DNA of 64,000 nucleotides from Vairimorpha necatrix (Eukaryota): NCBI GenBank assembly GCA_036630325.1, contig CP142736.1, positions 496,001 to 560,000 of the forward strand, read 5' to 3'. Shown piece by piece: positions 13,805 to 24,251 of this stretch (position 1 is its first letter; each line of letters starts with the position of its first letter). The notes under the pieces were generated by a model. It saw only the letters and a program-made list of their open reading frames with translations, ran no database searches and was not told where the DNA came from. The position numbers and the translations under genes were made by a program.

Positions 13805-14845
13805 TTAGAGTTTAATGTTCTTAATATGCGTCCATCCACTATTTCCTTTCAGTTTAATCCAGTACCCTTTATTGCCAACACATAATACCTTCTTCCTCTT
13901 GCTCCATTTTGGTCCTAATTTTTTAGCATTATATATTCTTTCCCTACAAATGTCTCCAACTTTTACCAAATAGATTTTTTCTTCTTTTAAGACACTAATA
14001 TGATTGTAATCTCTCTGTAATGGGTCATAAATATTAAATCCATTAATGATTGAAAATGGAGAAGATTTTATCGTTCTATTATAATTGAAATTAATCGCAT
14101 TTTCTGCCTTCATAACGACTTCTCGTATATTTAAACCTTTGTTGAAGCTCAGGGCGAATGAAATTGTTTTATTTATTGCTTCCGATACACCATTAGAGCT
14201 TGGTGTGTATGAGGGTATCAAGGTATGTAGTATTTTTTCTTTTATTAAATAATCTTTAGTTGTGTTACTTATAAACTGGCGTCCATTGTCTGAAATTATA
14301 GATGTTGGTTTCCCAAAAGTTGTAATCCAATTTTCAAAACATCTTAACACCGAGTCTGAATTTATAGTGTATAAGAAATAAAGTTTAGTATATCGGGAAT
14401 ATATATCCGTCATGGTAAGGATATATCCTACCTCTTTCCTTTCTGAAGTAATAAAATTATCAAGACTAAAAGGGCCGAAAATATCGGTACTTACCTTTTC
14501 AAATTTTCTTTGTGCTACTATATTGCCAGTGATATGTTTTTTAGGATGCTTATTTTTATAAATTCCACAAATTTTACATTTGCTAATGGTATTTCTTATT
14601 TCTTTAAAGATTCGTTTTATATAGTAATAGCGCTTTATATTGTAATATAGGGTAGAAATTCCTCTATGAAGTCCAAATTCATGCATAAATGATATAAATT
14701 TTTTTACTTGGTTAAATTTAACTATGTAGCGCTTTTCTTTATCAAATATAAAGTTACCGTTTTTGTCTCTGAGACAACATTCTTGGTTTAGTTTAATAAT
14801 TTCTTCGTGATTATTGTTTTCATTATTTCCGATTCCAATGAAATT
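13805..14845 (-). CDS. Integrase, same frame as gag-pol and open from the codon after the UGA
   Basis: 53 sense codons between the UGA and the ATG at 14686. HHCC finger (HEFGLH...CKIC) and D,D,E motifs (TDIFGP, SDNGRQF, NGVSE). Confidence 0.9.
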   Translation of the reverse strand, partial: NFIGIGNNENNNHEEIIKLNQECCLRDKNGNFIFDKEKRYIVKFNQVKKFISFMHEFGLHRGISTLYYNIKRYYYIKRIFKEIRNTISKCKICGIYKNKHPKKHITGNIVAQRKFEKVSTDIFGPFSLDNFITSERKEVGYILTMTDIYSRYTKLYFLYTINSDSVLRCFENWITTFGKPTSIISDNGRQFISNTTKDYLIKEKILHTLIPSYTPSSNGVSEAINKTISFALSFNKGLNIREVVMKAENAINFNYNRTIKSSPFSIINGFNIYDPLQRDYNHISVLKEEKIYLVKVGDICRERIYNAKKLGPKWSKRKKVLCVGNKGYWIKLKGNSGWTHIKNIKL

Positions 14846-17518
14846 TCATGATAGATTATCTGCCATACAATTTTTATTACCATCTATATGATTTAGTGAA
14901 AAAATAAATTCATTTAACAACAATTTCCATCTATTAATTCTTGATGTTTCTATTTTATTTTCATAGATACAATTTTTACTATCAGTATAAATCTCTACAT
15001 AAGATCCTTGGATTATGTTTTTAAAATTGAGCATAGATAAAACAATTGCCAAAAATTCCTTCTCAACAATACTGTAATTTAATTCTGGACCAGAAAATTT
15101 TTTACTATAATATCTAATGATTTTATCCTTTTGTGTTAGTGTACTTCCTAAACCTATTTCGCTCGCGTCAACGTGTAATGTAAATTTACTATTGTAATCG
15201 GGAAATGATAACATATGATTACCTAAAATCCACTCTTTAATTCTGTCAACTTCCTTTCTCATTTCGGTCGTTATTTTAATTTTATTTTCATTCTTGTTTT
15301 TTAACATATCTGTTAATTTATTAATCCTTATCGAAAGATCTGGAATAAACTTTCTGTACCAGTTTATCACTCCTAACAGTTTTTGTAAATCCTTTTTCGT
15401 TCTTATTTCTTTCTCGAATATTCTATTATTTAAATAATTAGTTTTTGGAAAAATTCCTTCGTGATTTATTTTGTAACCCAAAACTTCAATTTCTGGTTGA
15501 AAAAACTTCGATTTTTCGAAATTTATTTGGACATTTTTGCTATATAAAGTTTCTAGTATTTTTTCTACGGAAATTAAATGACTTTCTTTTGTTTTATTAT
15601 AAATCACAATATCATCTATGAAAACAAATACATTATCGAAATCTCCTAAAATGTTTGAAATATTTCTTTGAAATAATTTTGGACCGGGCTTAATTCCAAA
15701 GGGAATTCTCTTGTATTGCCACTGTTGTCCTAATAAAAAAAACGATGTATATTTCTTGCTTTGTTCATCTATTTTTATCTGATTAAATCCGTTACTTAAA
15801 TCAATCTGCGTAAAAAATTTGTTAGATCCCATTATTGTTAGACAATCCTCAATTTTGGGCAATATCCACGGGTCATCTTGTAAAGCTTTATTTACTTCCC
15901 TATAATCTACTACTAAACGTAAATCTTTATTTTTCTTTTCTATAAAAAATGCAGGGCTTATTATATCAGAAGAACTCTTTTCAATTATATCTGCATCTAA
16001 AAGTCTTTTAATTTCCATTTTCGCCTTTTCAATATATTTAAATGGAACTGTATAGGTAATCTTCTTTGTTTTTAAAACTGGTTGTATTACATTAAACGAA
16101 GCTAGGTTTGTTTTCATAGAGGTAAATTTTTTGTTTTCTTTAATATAGAAGTCTAATAGTTTATTAAATTCTTCGCTTTCGCTAACCTGACATAATTTAT
16201 TAACTATTTCTTTATCTAGCAATTCCTCAGCATTTCCCTCTTTATGTACCATGTCAATTCGTAGTCCATCTAATTCTACCGTTCCTTCGGCGTAATCTAA
16301 CTTTGCACAATGCATGTCAAGAAATTCGTTCCCTAAAACAAAATTAACGGGTAATTTTTCTAAAACGCAAAATTTTACTTCAAAAGGTTTTTCTTTTATC
16401 GTAACAACAGTATTGACCATTTCATTGGATTCTGCTGTTTCATTATTTCCAAAAATGGTTTTAATTCTAGCACATTCTTCTTTCTTTAAATTAAATTCAT
16501 TAACTGCGCTTTTAGTAATATAATTTCTCCTTGATCCGCTATCTAATAGCATTTTCACATCCTTATTACCTATTTTTCCTATTACAGTAATGTCTTCGGG
16601 ACATTGGCTACGTTGTTTAATAATCATATTTTTATCCTTGTGATCTGCAAATTCAGGCAATCTTTTTTTATTCTGTAAGGCGTAACAACGCCTGGTATCA
16701 TGAGTATAGTTACTCTTATGAAGTGAGCACCATTTCGGGTTATTAAATTGAGTATTTCTGTTATAATCAAAATTTTCTTTTTCATAATGGGTATTGGGTT
16801 TCTCGACTTTAGTTAAAATTTCATTTTCTATTAGAACAAGGTAATTATAAATTTCATAAATTTCCTTACTTATCATATTTTGTCTTGTTAATTCTAAATG
16901 TGTGAAATCTCCTAGTCCCTTTAAAAATACTTCTTCCATTTTATGCAGAGCTTCTCTTTTTTTTAGATCATTATAATACGAATAACTGTTAAGTCTTTCC
17001 TCGATTGTTTCTTTATATTCTTTGATACTAAAATAACTTATTTGGCTTGTATTATCTAATTCACGTATCGCATGTCTTTTTTGTTCCGGTGGATAAATAA
17101 AATTCAACAGTGACTTTCTTAATGCAATATAAGAATCTGATGGTAAATAATCTTTTCTTGGATCGTGTATACAATCCATGTAAATCAAAGCCATTTGTTC
17201 GTCATTCCAATCATTTGCTTTAGCTAACATCTCAAATTTTTGGAGTTGATTTATGGTTAAATCTTGTTGAATATCATAAATGTTATAAATTTTTACTTTG
17301 CTCTTAACTGCAGTTCCTTGTATATTTTTTTCAAATTCTGTATGTTCTTTTTCTTTCTTTTCATCTTTGATATGAGTTTTCCTCGTTGAATTCAACTTGA
17401 GGTGGTCACGAGGGATGAACCCTCGTTGAAAGTAGGCCTCTAGCAAACTACTTGTAAACGGCTCCTTGGGCCTTGTTTGTTTATTATTTAAAAAATGTTT
17501 ATTGTTGTTTTTCTGCAT
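14846..17518 (-). CDS. gag-pol: Gag-PR-RT-RNase H polyprotein (890 aa) ending at an in-frame UGA
   Basis: WCSLHKSNYTHDTRRC knuckle, LLDSGS, QIDLSNGF, FIDDIV, HVDASEIG, YTDSKN. Ends MADNLS-TGA. Confidence 0.95.
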   Translation of the reverse strand: MQKNNNKHFLNNKQTRPKEPFTSSLLEAYFQRGFIPRDHLKLNSTRKTHIKDEKKEKEHTEFEKNIQGTAVKSKVKIYNIYDIQQDLTINQLQKFEMLAKANDWNDEQMALIYMDCIHDPRKDYLPSDSYIALRKSLLNFIYPPEQKRHAIRELDNTSQISYFSIKEYKETIEERLNSYSYYNDLKKREALHKMEEVFLKGLGDFTHLELTRQNMISKEIYEIYNYLVLIENEILTKVEKPNTHYEKENFDYNRNTQFNNPKWCSLHKSNYTHDTRRCYALQNKKRLPEFADHKDKNMIIKQRSQCPEDITVIGKIGNKDVKMLLDSGSRRNYITKSAVNEFNLKKEECARIKTIFGNNETAESNEMVNTVVTIKEKPFEVKFCVLEKLPVNFVLGNEFLDMHCAKLDYAEGTVELDGLRIDMVHKEGNAEELLDKEIVNKLCQVSESEEFNKLLDFYIKENKKFTSMKTNLASFNVIQPVLKTKKITYTVPFKYIEKAKMEIKRLLDADIIEKSSSDIISPAFFIEKKNKDLRLVVDYREVNKALQDDPWILPKIEDCLTIMGSNKFFTQIDLSNGFNQIKIDEQSKKYTSFFLLGQQWQYKRIPFGIKPGPKLFQRNISNILGDFDNVFVFIDDIVIYNKTKESHLISVEKILETLYSKNVQINFEKSKFFQPEIEVLGYKINHEGIFPKTNYLNNRIFEKEIRTKKDLQKLLGVINWYRKFIPDLSIRINKLTDMLKNKNENKIKITTEMRKEVDRIKEWILGNHMLSFPDYNSKFTLHVDASEIGLGSTLTQKDKIIRYYSKKFSGPELNYSIVEKEFLAIVLSMLNFKNIIQGSYVEIYTDSKNCIYENKIETSRINRWKLLLNEFIFSLNHIDGNKNCMADNLS

Positions 17519-18865
17519 CTACTTCTTTCTTTTTGTTGGGGTCGAAAAATAATATTTTTTTAAAAAAAATATTTAAGAAATTCCATTTTGGGAAAATGGA
17601 ATTTTACATGTGGTTGTAATACCACAGAGGTGTATTGCCGTCCGTTATCTGAGATCAAATGCTTTGGTTTTGCTCTACTAGAAATCCAATATTCTACGGC
17701 GTCTATAAATTCTTGTGTCTTAATTTGCTTGTGAAAAACTAACTGTGTTTCTCTAGAATATATATCTGTTATTGTTAAGATATATCCTGTCCTCTTTTCG
17801 GAATTAGGAATGGGAGTATAATATTGAAAAGGCCCAAATATATCCGTTGAGATTCGTTCGTATAGCTTGTCGGAGTTCATTCTTACTTCTTGTTGTTTCT
17901 TGTTATTAATAATCTTATAGTTTCTGCAAATGTTACATTTATGGACTATTTTTGCTATGTTCTTCAGAGCATCTTTAACGTAAATATAATTTTTTATATT
18001 GTTATAGAGCGTTGAAACCCCTCGGTGTCCTAATATTTTGTGTATAGTCTTAAGAAACGACTTGATCTTGTCATGTTTAACTTCTAGTTTACCTTTGTCA
18101 TTTATTAGTAATGCGTCGTTGTTTGACGCGCAAGCTCTTCTTACAGCATTGTCATACTCTACTTTTAGCGATGTTGCCTGAGATATGAGGCATCACGATA
18201 GGGAGTCCGCAGCAATATTATCTGCCCTCTTAATATGAAAATTTTTATTAATAATGGTTAGACAAGTATTTTCTGCTAATACTTCATCTAGCATCTCTTC
18301 TGATGATTTTTCGACACCAATGAAAGGAATTATCGTTCCTTCGTCCACAATAATAATTTTCTTTTTAATGTTTAACACTGCGTCGTTTGCAGCGAGGAAT
18401 TCATAACCTAAAATTATATCTTCTGGAATTTTGTGTAATACATAAAACTTTATCAAAAATGTTCTACCACTGAAATCTAATACGCTCTCCTATCCTTCAC
18501 AACAGGGCAACGACTCCTCAAATTGACGTAATTGCCGGGAATTGTGCCAGAGGCAAGAAAGCATTCTAAGATGCTACGGTTATTAGAACCGTTGATTCCC
18601 AAGGTAGAGTTTTGTTTAGTGTAAATAGTTTTATTTGCGGAGTCGTTGCCCTGTTGTGAAGGATAGGAGAGCGTATTAGATTTCTTGTGCATCATATTTA
18701 TGTTCATAATTTCTTTATTTATAGTTGTTGGTAACCAATAAGAATATATTGTTTCATGATAGACCAATAGACGTCGTGTTTCAAGATGTGTAAGAAACAT
18801 CGTTGACGTGTTGTTGTTCTATTGGTTACTTATGATCCATGTGGTAGATATTATACCACAGGGAT

Positions 18866-21277
18866 ATATACAAAACTCAAAATCAACGTGGGTTAGTAAT
18901 TTGAGACCCGTGATAAAGCCAGATGGCACTGTAAGGGTTACAACCAATTTAATAGCACTTAATAGGTTGGTAGAACAGGATAATTATTCTTTACCAAGAA
19001 TAGATGAAATCCTTTGTAATTTAAGAGACATGACAGTATTTTCTAAATTAGATTTGAAGGATGGAATATTCAAATTCCTTTGGCACCGAAAGATAGATAT
19101 AAAACGGCATTCAGATATAAACATAAATTATATGAGTGGAAAGTAATGCCACAGGGGTTTAAGAATGCTCCGGCAATATTTCAACGAAAAATGGATAAAG
19201 TTTTGAGAGATGAAATTGGTAAAAGTTGTTTCTGCTACGTAGATGATATTCTAATATTTGGAAAAACTGCAAAAGAGCATGACGAATCATATAATAGAAT
19301 TCGAAAACTTTTACTAGAAAATGGTCTCAAAATCAATGAGGAAAAGTGTGTATTTAGACAATCCGAAGTTCTATTCCTGGGATACAAAGAAAAAACACAA
19401 CATCATTTTTCCGCTCATGGATAAGATGCAAGCTATTGAGGATTTAAAACCACCTAAGGACAAAAAACAGGTTCAAGAATTTTTAGGTGCCATAAACTAT
19501 TATAGAAAATTCATTAAAAACTGTTCAATTGTATGTGGTCCTTTGTATGAATTATTGAAAAATAAGAAAGAATTCAAATGGACGAATATAGAAGAGAACG
19601 CTTTTAAGAAGTTAAAAGAATTTTTATTAATACGGTAGGACTATTTCGGCCAGATTGGTCAAAAGAATTTAAACTAGAGACCGATGCTTCAAATGAAGGT
19701 ATAGCTGCAATACTCTCGCAAAATTTTGATGGAGGTGAAAAACCAATTGCATTTGCATCGAGAAGGTTATTAGAACATGAGATTAAATATAGTATCAGCG
19801 AAAAGGAATGACTGGCCATGTTATGGGCAATGGAACTGACGTAGCCATGCTGGTAAAAATGCTCCAGCATGTTGTCGTGGTCGTTTATATTAAATTTTTT
19901 ATTTACAATGTTTTGTCCTTTGGTTTGTTTCTCATTCCTCTGCTTTCTCATGTTCATCATTAGTTTCTATTTTTTGGTGTGGGCAAGGGCCAAATTTATA
20001 TTTATAGTTTTCTTTGTTTGTTTGTAAACAATTCGTTCAGATCAAACAAACAAAAAAACACAAAAAAAAAATGAATTACTTGTGGGATGCCACAGGAACA
20101 CTTTCGATATTTTTTATACGGTACACATTTTGAAATTATCACAGATCATAAAGCGTTAGAAGCATTAAATAAGGGCCAAATTAAGTCTCTGAGAATACAA
20201 AGATGGCTAGATAGAATGTCATTGTTTAATTTTAGAATTAGATCTAGAAGAGGTAAAGAAATTCCTCATGTGGATTGCCTAAGTCGAAATTCTGGATTGG
20301 CAACAAACGACAAGAGATTAAATTTACACGAAGGATCGATAAATCAATGTGAAGAAATAAACGAAAAGAAAATGCTTCAGATGATTCGAGAAATTCATAA
20401 TGAGTTACTTCACCGTGGGATACAATCAGTAAAATATGAGATGTATAAAAGAGGTATTAATATAAAAAATTCACAAAAATTGATTAAAAAATTATAGATT
20501 CGTGTGAAACATGCAACGAGTACATTTCTAAAAAATCTAAACAACACAGTTTGATACCTCGTATGCAAAGGGAGAAAAAATGCCATAGATATAATAGGTC
20601 CAATAAACACACAATACATTATAACTGGGATTGATTATTTTACGAGAAAAGGATTTGCTAAAGTGATAAATAAGAGAAAAGATGAAAATGTAGTTAACTT
20701 TCTAAAATAAATAAGTTCATCTATGCCTTTGAAGACATTGATCATGGATCAATCGAAAGAAAATCTCAGTAGTAAGGTAAAAATGTTTTGCCAAGCAAAT
20801 AAAATAGAATTACATTATACCACACCTTTCCATCACCAGTCAAATGGGCGCGTAGAAATGTTTAATCGTACTTTACAAGATTTAATTTATAAAAATAAAA
20901 AGGAAAAATTACTTACTAAAAAGGTTAACAGAGGAATAGAGATATACAATAATAGCTATCATTCGGCTACGAGGATGACTACAAATGAAGCTTTCTCGTT
21001 AGAAAATACGGATGAATTAAAAATTGTTTAAATTAAGAATATTGTTGCATATAATACAGCCCAAATGAGGAAACCAAAAGAAATTATATTAAATATGGGC
21101 GATATAGTAATTATCAAAGAAGAAGGAATAATAAAGAAGGGACAACCTAGATTTAAATTGAGGGGTAAAATTCATGAATGTTTAGAGGGTAATACGTACA
21201 TGATAGACACCGGTAAAAGAAAGTTTAAAAGGCATATATCTCAACTCAAACTTGTCATTGATGACCTCATTCTTTAA
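18866..21277 (+). pseudogene. pol: RT-RNase H-integrase of the 11545-21357 element (frameshifted, split by a solo LTR)
   Basis: Motifs FSKLDLKDG, MPQGFKNAP, CYVDDIL, ETDASNEG, ITDHKAL and HHQSNGRVE across several frames. Confidence 0.9.
19837..20094 (-). repeat. Solo LTR (258 bp) of the U3-hairpin Gypsy clade
   Basis: TG...CA ends. TSD GGAAC. Tip TGTGG-catc-CCACA. Encodes MLEHFYQHGYV. Interrupts the host element's RNase H (AME|HFRYFL). Confidence 0.9.
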
Positions 21278-22610
21278 TCGGAGGGATGTTGATATTTTTA
21301 TTACCCGAATTTTGAAGATGAGTAAGGAAGTGGAGGAGAAGAATCTCATAAATAAAAGTTCTTTTACAGTAGTTGCTGTAAATTCTTTTCTATGTCTGCA
21401 ATAATTTTCTCAGGCACTACCGATTCTTGAAATGTCTTTCTAATTGCAGCCCTTTACGGGGTTACGCATTTCTATATTCTTATGTTTGCATTTCTATATT
21501 TTTATGTTTGAATTTCTGCATTCTAATGTTTGAATATTTATATTTCAATGTTGCATTTCTTTATTTCCATGTTTAAATTTCTATATTTCAAAAAAAGTTT
21601 AGAATTTCAAAATAATAAAAATAGTTTTTAATAAAGTTCTCTCTTGCTCTTGCCTTTTCTAGTTAGCCCATAATATTGCTGTAAAACGCAGGACACTGCG
21701 GCAATAGTCTAAACTCAAACATTTTCAATTGGAATTTCTGATGAATGAAAAGATGAAAATCTTGCCTGAGCATCGAAAAAACTCTTCTGTAAGATTTAAT
21801 TGTGTTGAATAAGAAAACAAAAACTTGTGATTAATGCCTATATTATTTAATTTCGTAAAACTTCCCGTGAATATTTGAAACTCGTCTTATTGATTATAAA
21901 TACTTTACTGGGAGTATTTCAAAAGAACATAGATAATTTATTCTTAACAAAGTTCATAAATCTCTCAGAATCGTATGCTCACGTTTATATTTAATTGCCA
22001 AAAATTCATTTATTGTAATTACACACATGTAGCTTATATTTTGGCTACGATTTGATGGCACATTCTTTGAGGCTTTGGCATTCTTTCTAGAAAATCCACA
22101 ACTTCGTGTAGTATTATTGTTAAATCCTGTTTCATCAAGTAAAACTAGGTTTCGTCCGAGCACCTACTAATTTCAGAGGCATAGATACTTATTTGTTTTA
22201 TTTTGTTCAATGAATTACGTTCAACAAGAAACAAAGAGAGCCTTTTTCTTGTTTTACCGAGTTTTATAGATTTCTCGATTTAAAGATATGGACAAATTTA
22301 CATTTGTTCGTAGATTCAACCCGTTAGAAATTTCCTGAGAAGTCATATCGTTTGCATAATCAACTATGTTTTTTATAATTCGATCTGTATTCGAAAGCAA
22401 TTCTCTTTGACTCAACTGCCCCATAGACCTTGTAGGTAGATTGTGCTGGTTTCGAATAACAGATGTAAAACTTAGTTGTAACTCTAGGTACCAATCATTG
22501 CTCTTAATCAGACTTTAAACTGTCTAATCACAGATTGGTCCAATCGCATTAGATTATCACGAATCAGTAATTCAGATTTAAATATAAAATATAATTAATC
22601 CCATTATATA

Positions 22611-24246
22611 CAGTCCATTTCATTTTTATAGACACTTTGTTTCATTTTTATAGACACTTTGTTTCATTTTTATAGACACTTTGTTTCATTTTTATAGACA
22701 CCTTCTTTTTTTTTTATAGACACCTTGTTCCATTATTATAGACACCTTATTTCATTATTATAGAACCCTTGTTCTAAAATTTATTTTACTTTCCTTAAAA
22801 TTTTTGACCCTTAAAATATGAGAAACCTAAATGTCAGAGAAGAACTTGAGGAATATCGTAAAGAAGAATCATTTGTCGAGATAGAAGATGAAACGCAGTC
22901 TTCTGCCCCAAGAAAAACTAGGAAAATGGTTACCAGGTCGATAATCGAAAGTTTTCTTTCGTTACTCGACACTGGTATGAAACTTATTAATATGGAAGTT
23001 GCTTTAAACTCAGTAAGTCTGCGTCAAACGGCTATATAAAAGATATATTACAGGAGAATTTACCAACCTTTCAACTTTTAAAACGGCAGGACAAAAAAAG
23101 AGTGAATCTTTAAAAGATATTTCTATGGTTTCAAATATTATTGCATCGAAAATAGCCCTGAATCCTTGTCTAGGTCTTTATAATTTATCTGATAAATTGC
23201 AAAGTGTAAATTGTACGGGACATTGCTCTAAGTCAACTGTTTGCAGACTTGTTAAAAAATTGGGGTATAGTTCTAAAACCCCGACCTTGATTCCACTAAA
23301 TAGAAACAGTCCTCAGAACAAGCTGTTAAGGTCTCAATATGCGAGAGTAATAGATAACATATCAATTGATAATTTAATATTTCTCGATGAAACTGGTTTA
23401 AATCTGCACCTTAACAATACTTTTGGTTATTCTGTAAGAAATACTAAGTGTTGTGTAACGGTCCCGAATTCGAAAGGGACTAATGTTTCTTTAATGTGTG
23501 CTATAAGCGTTAATGGATTATATGCGCATAAAACCAAAGTCGGAAGTTTTAAATCTGCAGATTTTGTCGAATTCATTAACAATAATTTACCTATATGTGA
23601 GCAAGAGGAAAACAGATTTATAATATTGGATAACTCATCTATACACAGAACATCCGAAGTAGCCGCCGCTCTTAGAAACAAAGGATACAGTCTAAAACTT
23701 CTCCCTCCATATTCTCCACAACTAAACCCCATCGAGGAGTTTTTTAACAGTTTCAAGTCCCGAGTAAAACAGAGACCTAGACCAACAGCCACTCCTTTGT
23801 TAATTGATTGTATTGAGGACGTGTTAAACACAGAAGTATTCGTCATGGGTGGTTACTTTTCTCATATGAGAGAATTTATCGAGAAAGCTCTTGTCAATGC
23901 GGATTTTTTCTGAATTAATATAATTAAAAATTTTAATTTAAAATTTCTAAGATATTTTCATTGTTTGGCATGTAAATATTGATGTTTATATCTTTATCGT
24001 TATCTCTTCTTTACGATTCAACTATATAAATAAATTATGAAAAAAATAAAATAAATTTTATAACAAGGTGTCTATAAAAATGAAACAAGGTTTCTATAAA
24101 AATAAAATGAGGTGTCTATAATTTTGAAACAAGGGTTCTATAATAATGAAATGAGGAGTCTATAATTATGAAACAAGATGTCTATAAAAATGAAACAAGG
24201 TTTCTATAATTATGAAACAAGGTGTCTATAAAAATGAAATGGACTG
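22611..24246 (+). mobile_element. Tc1/IS630-like DD34E transposon with tandem-repeat TIRs
   Basis: CAGTCCATTTC...GAAATGGACTG ends with TA TSD. TIRs of ~170-190 bp built from 22-23-bp units. Confidence 0.95.
22818..23913 (+). pseudogene. DD34E transposase with an N-terminal frameshift
   Basis: FLDETG, ILDNSSIH and SPQLNPIEE, with 34 residues between the second D and the E. ORFs 22818-23039 and 23125-23913. Confidence 0.9.
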
Positions 24247-24251
24247 TAAGC

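Larger units (their letters stand above)
13566..17626 (-). mobile_element. Young, complete Gypsy element with 229-bp LTRs
   Basis: LTRs 13566-13794 and 17398-17626 look identical. TSD GAGGT. PPT GGGGGCAG at 13797-13804. Inserted inside the integrase of the 12743-18860 element. Confidence 0.97.
12743..18860 (-). mobile_element. Internally deleted Gypsy element (337-bp LTRs, PR fragment, integrase; no gag or RT)
   Basis: LTRs 12743-13079 and 18524-18860, with one mismatch seen. TSD GGGAT. PR/RNase H-end fusion at 18193-18456. Integrase at 18192-17627 plus 13560-13095 is in frame once the nested element is removed. Confidence 0.92.
11545..21357 (+). mobile_element. Ty3/Gypsy element with 79/71-bp LTRs, carrying nested insertions
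   Basis: LTRs 11545-11623 and 21287-21357. TSD GTTCT. PBS TGGTGGAGAAT at 11624-11634. PPT GGAGGGA at 21280-21286. Broken pol at 12478-12742, 18866-19836 and 20100-21277. Confidence 0.95.

Noticed and set aside
14846-14848. Genome-wide UGA reassignment as the explanation for the RH/IN stop
   Set aside because: UGA ends transposase ORFs at natural C-termini (23911-23913, 28947-28949), and no other UGA occurs in the long intact ORFs.
22464-22610. Additional solo LTR inside the old Tc1 element
   Set aside because: The sequence is foreign to the Tc1, but I could not find convincing ends or a TSD.
22611-22780. CRISPR-like short repeat arrays (also 24060-24246, 59513-59610, 62955-63066, 26985-27170)
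   Set aside because: Units are directly tandem with no unique spacers, lie inside transposon TIRs, and there are no cas genes.
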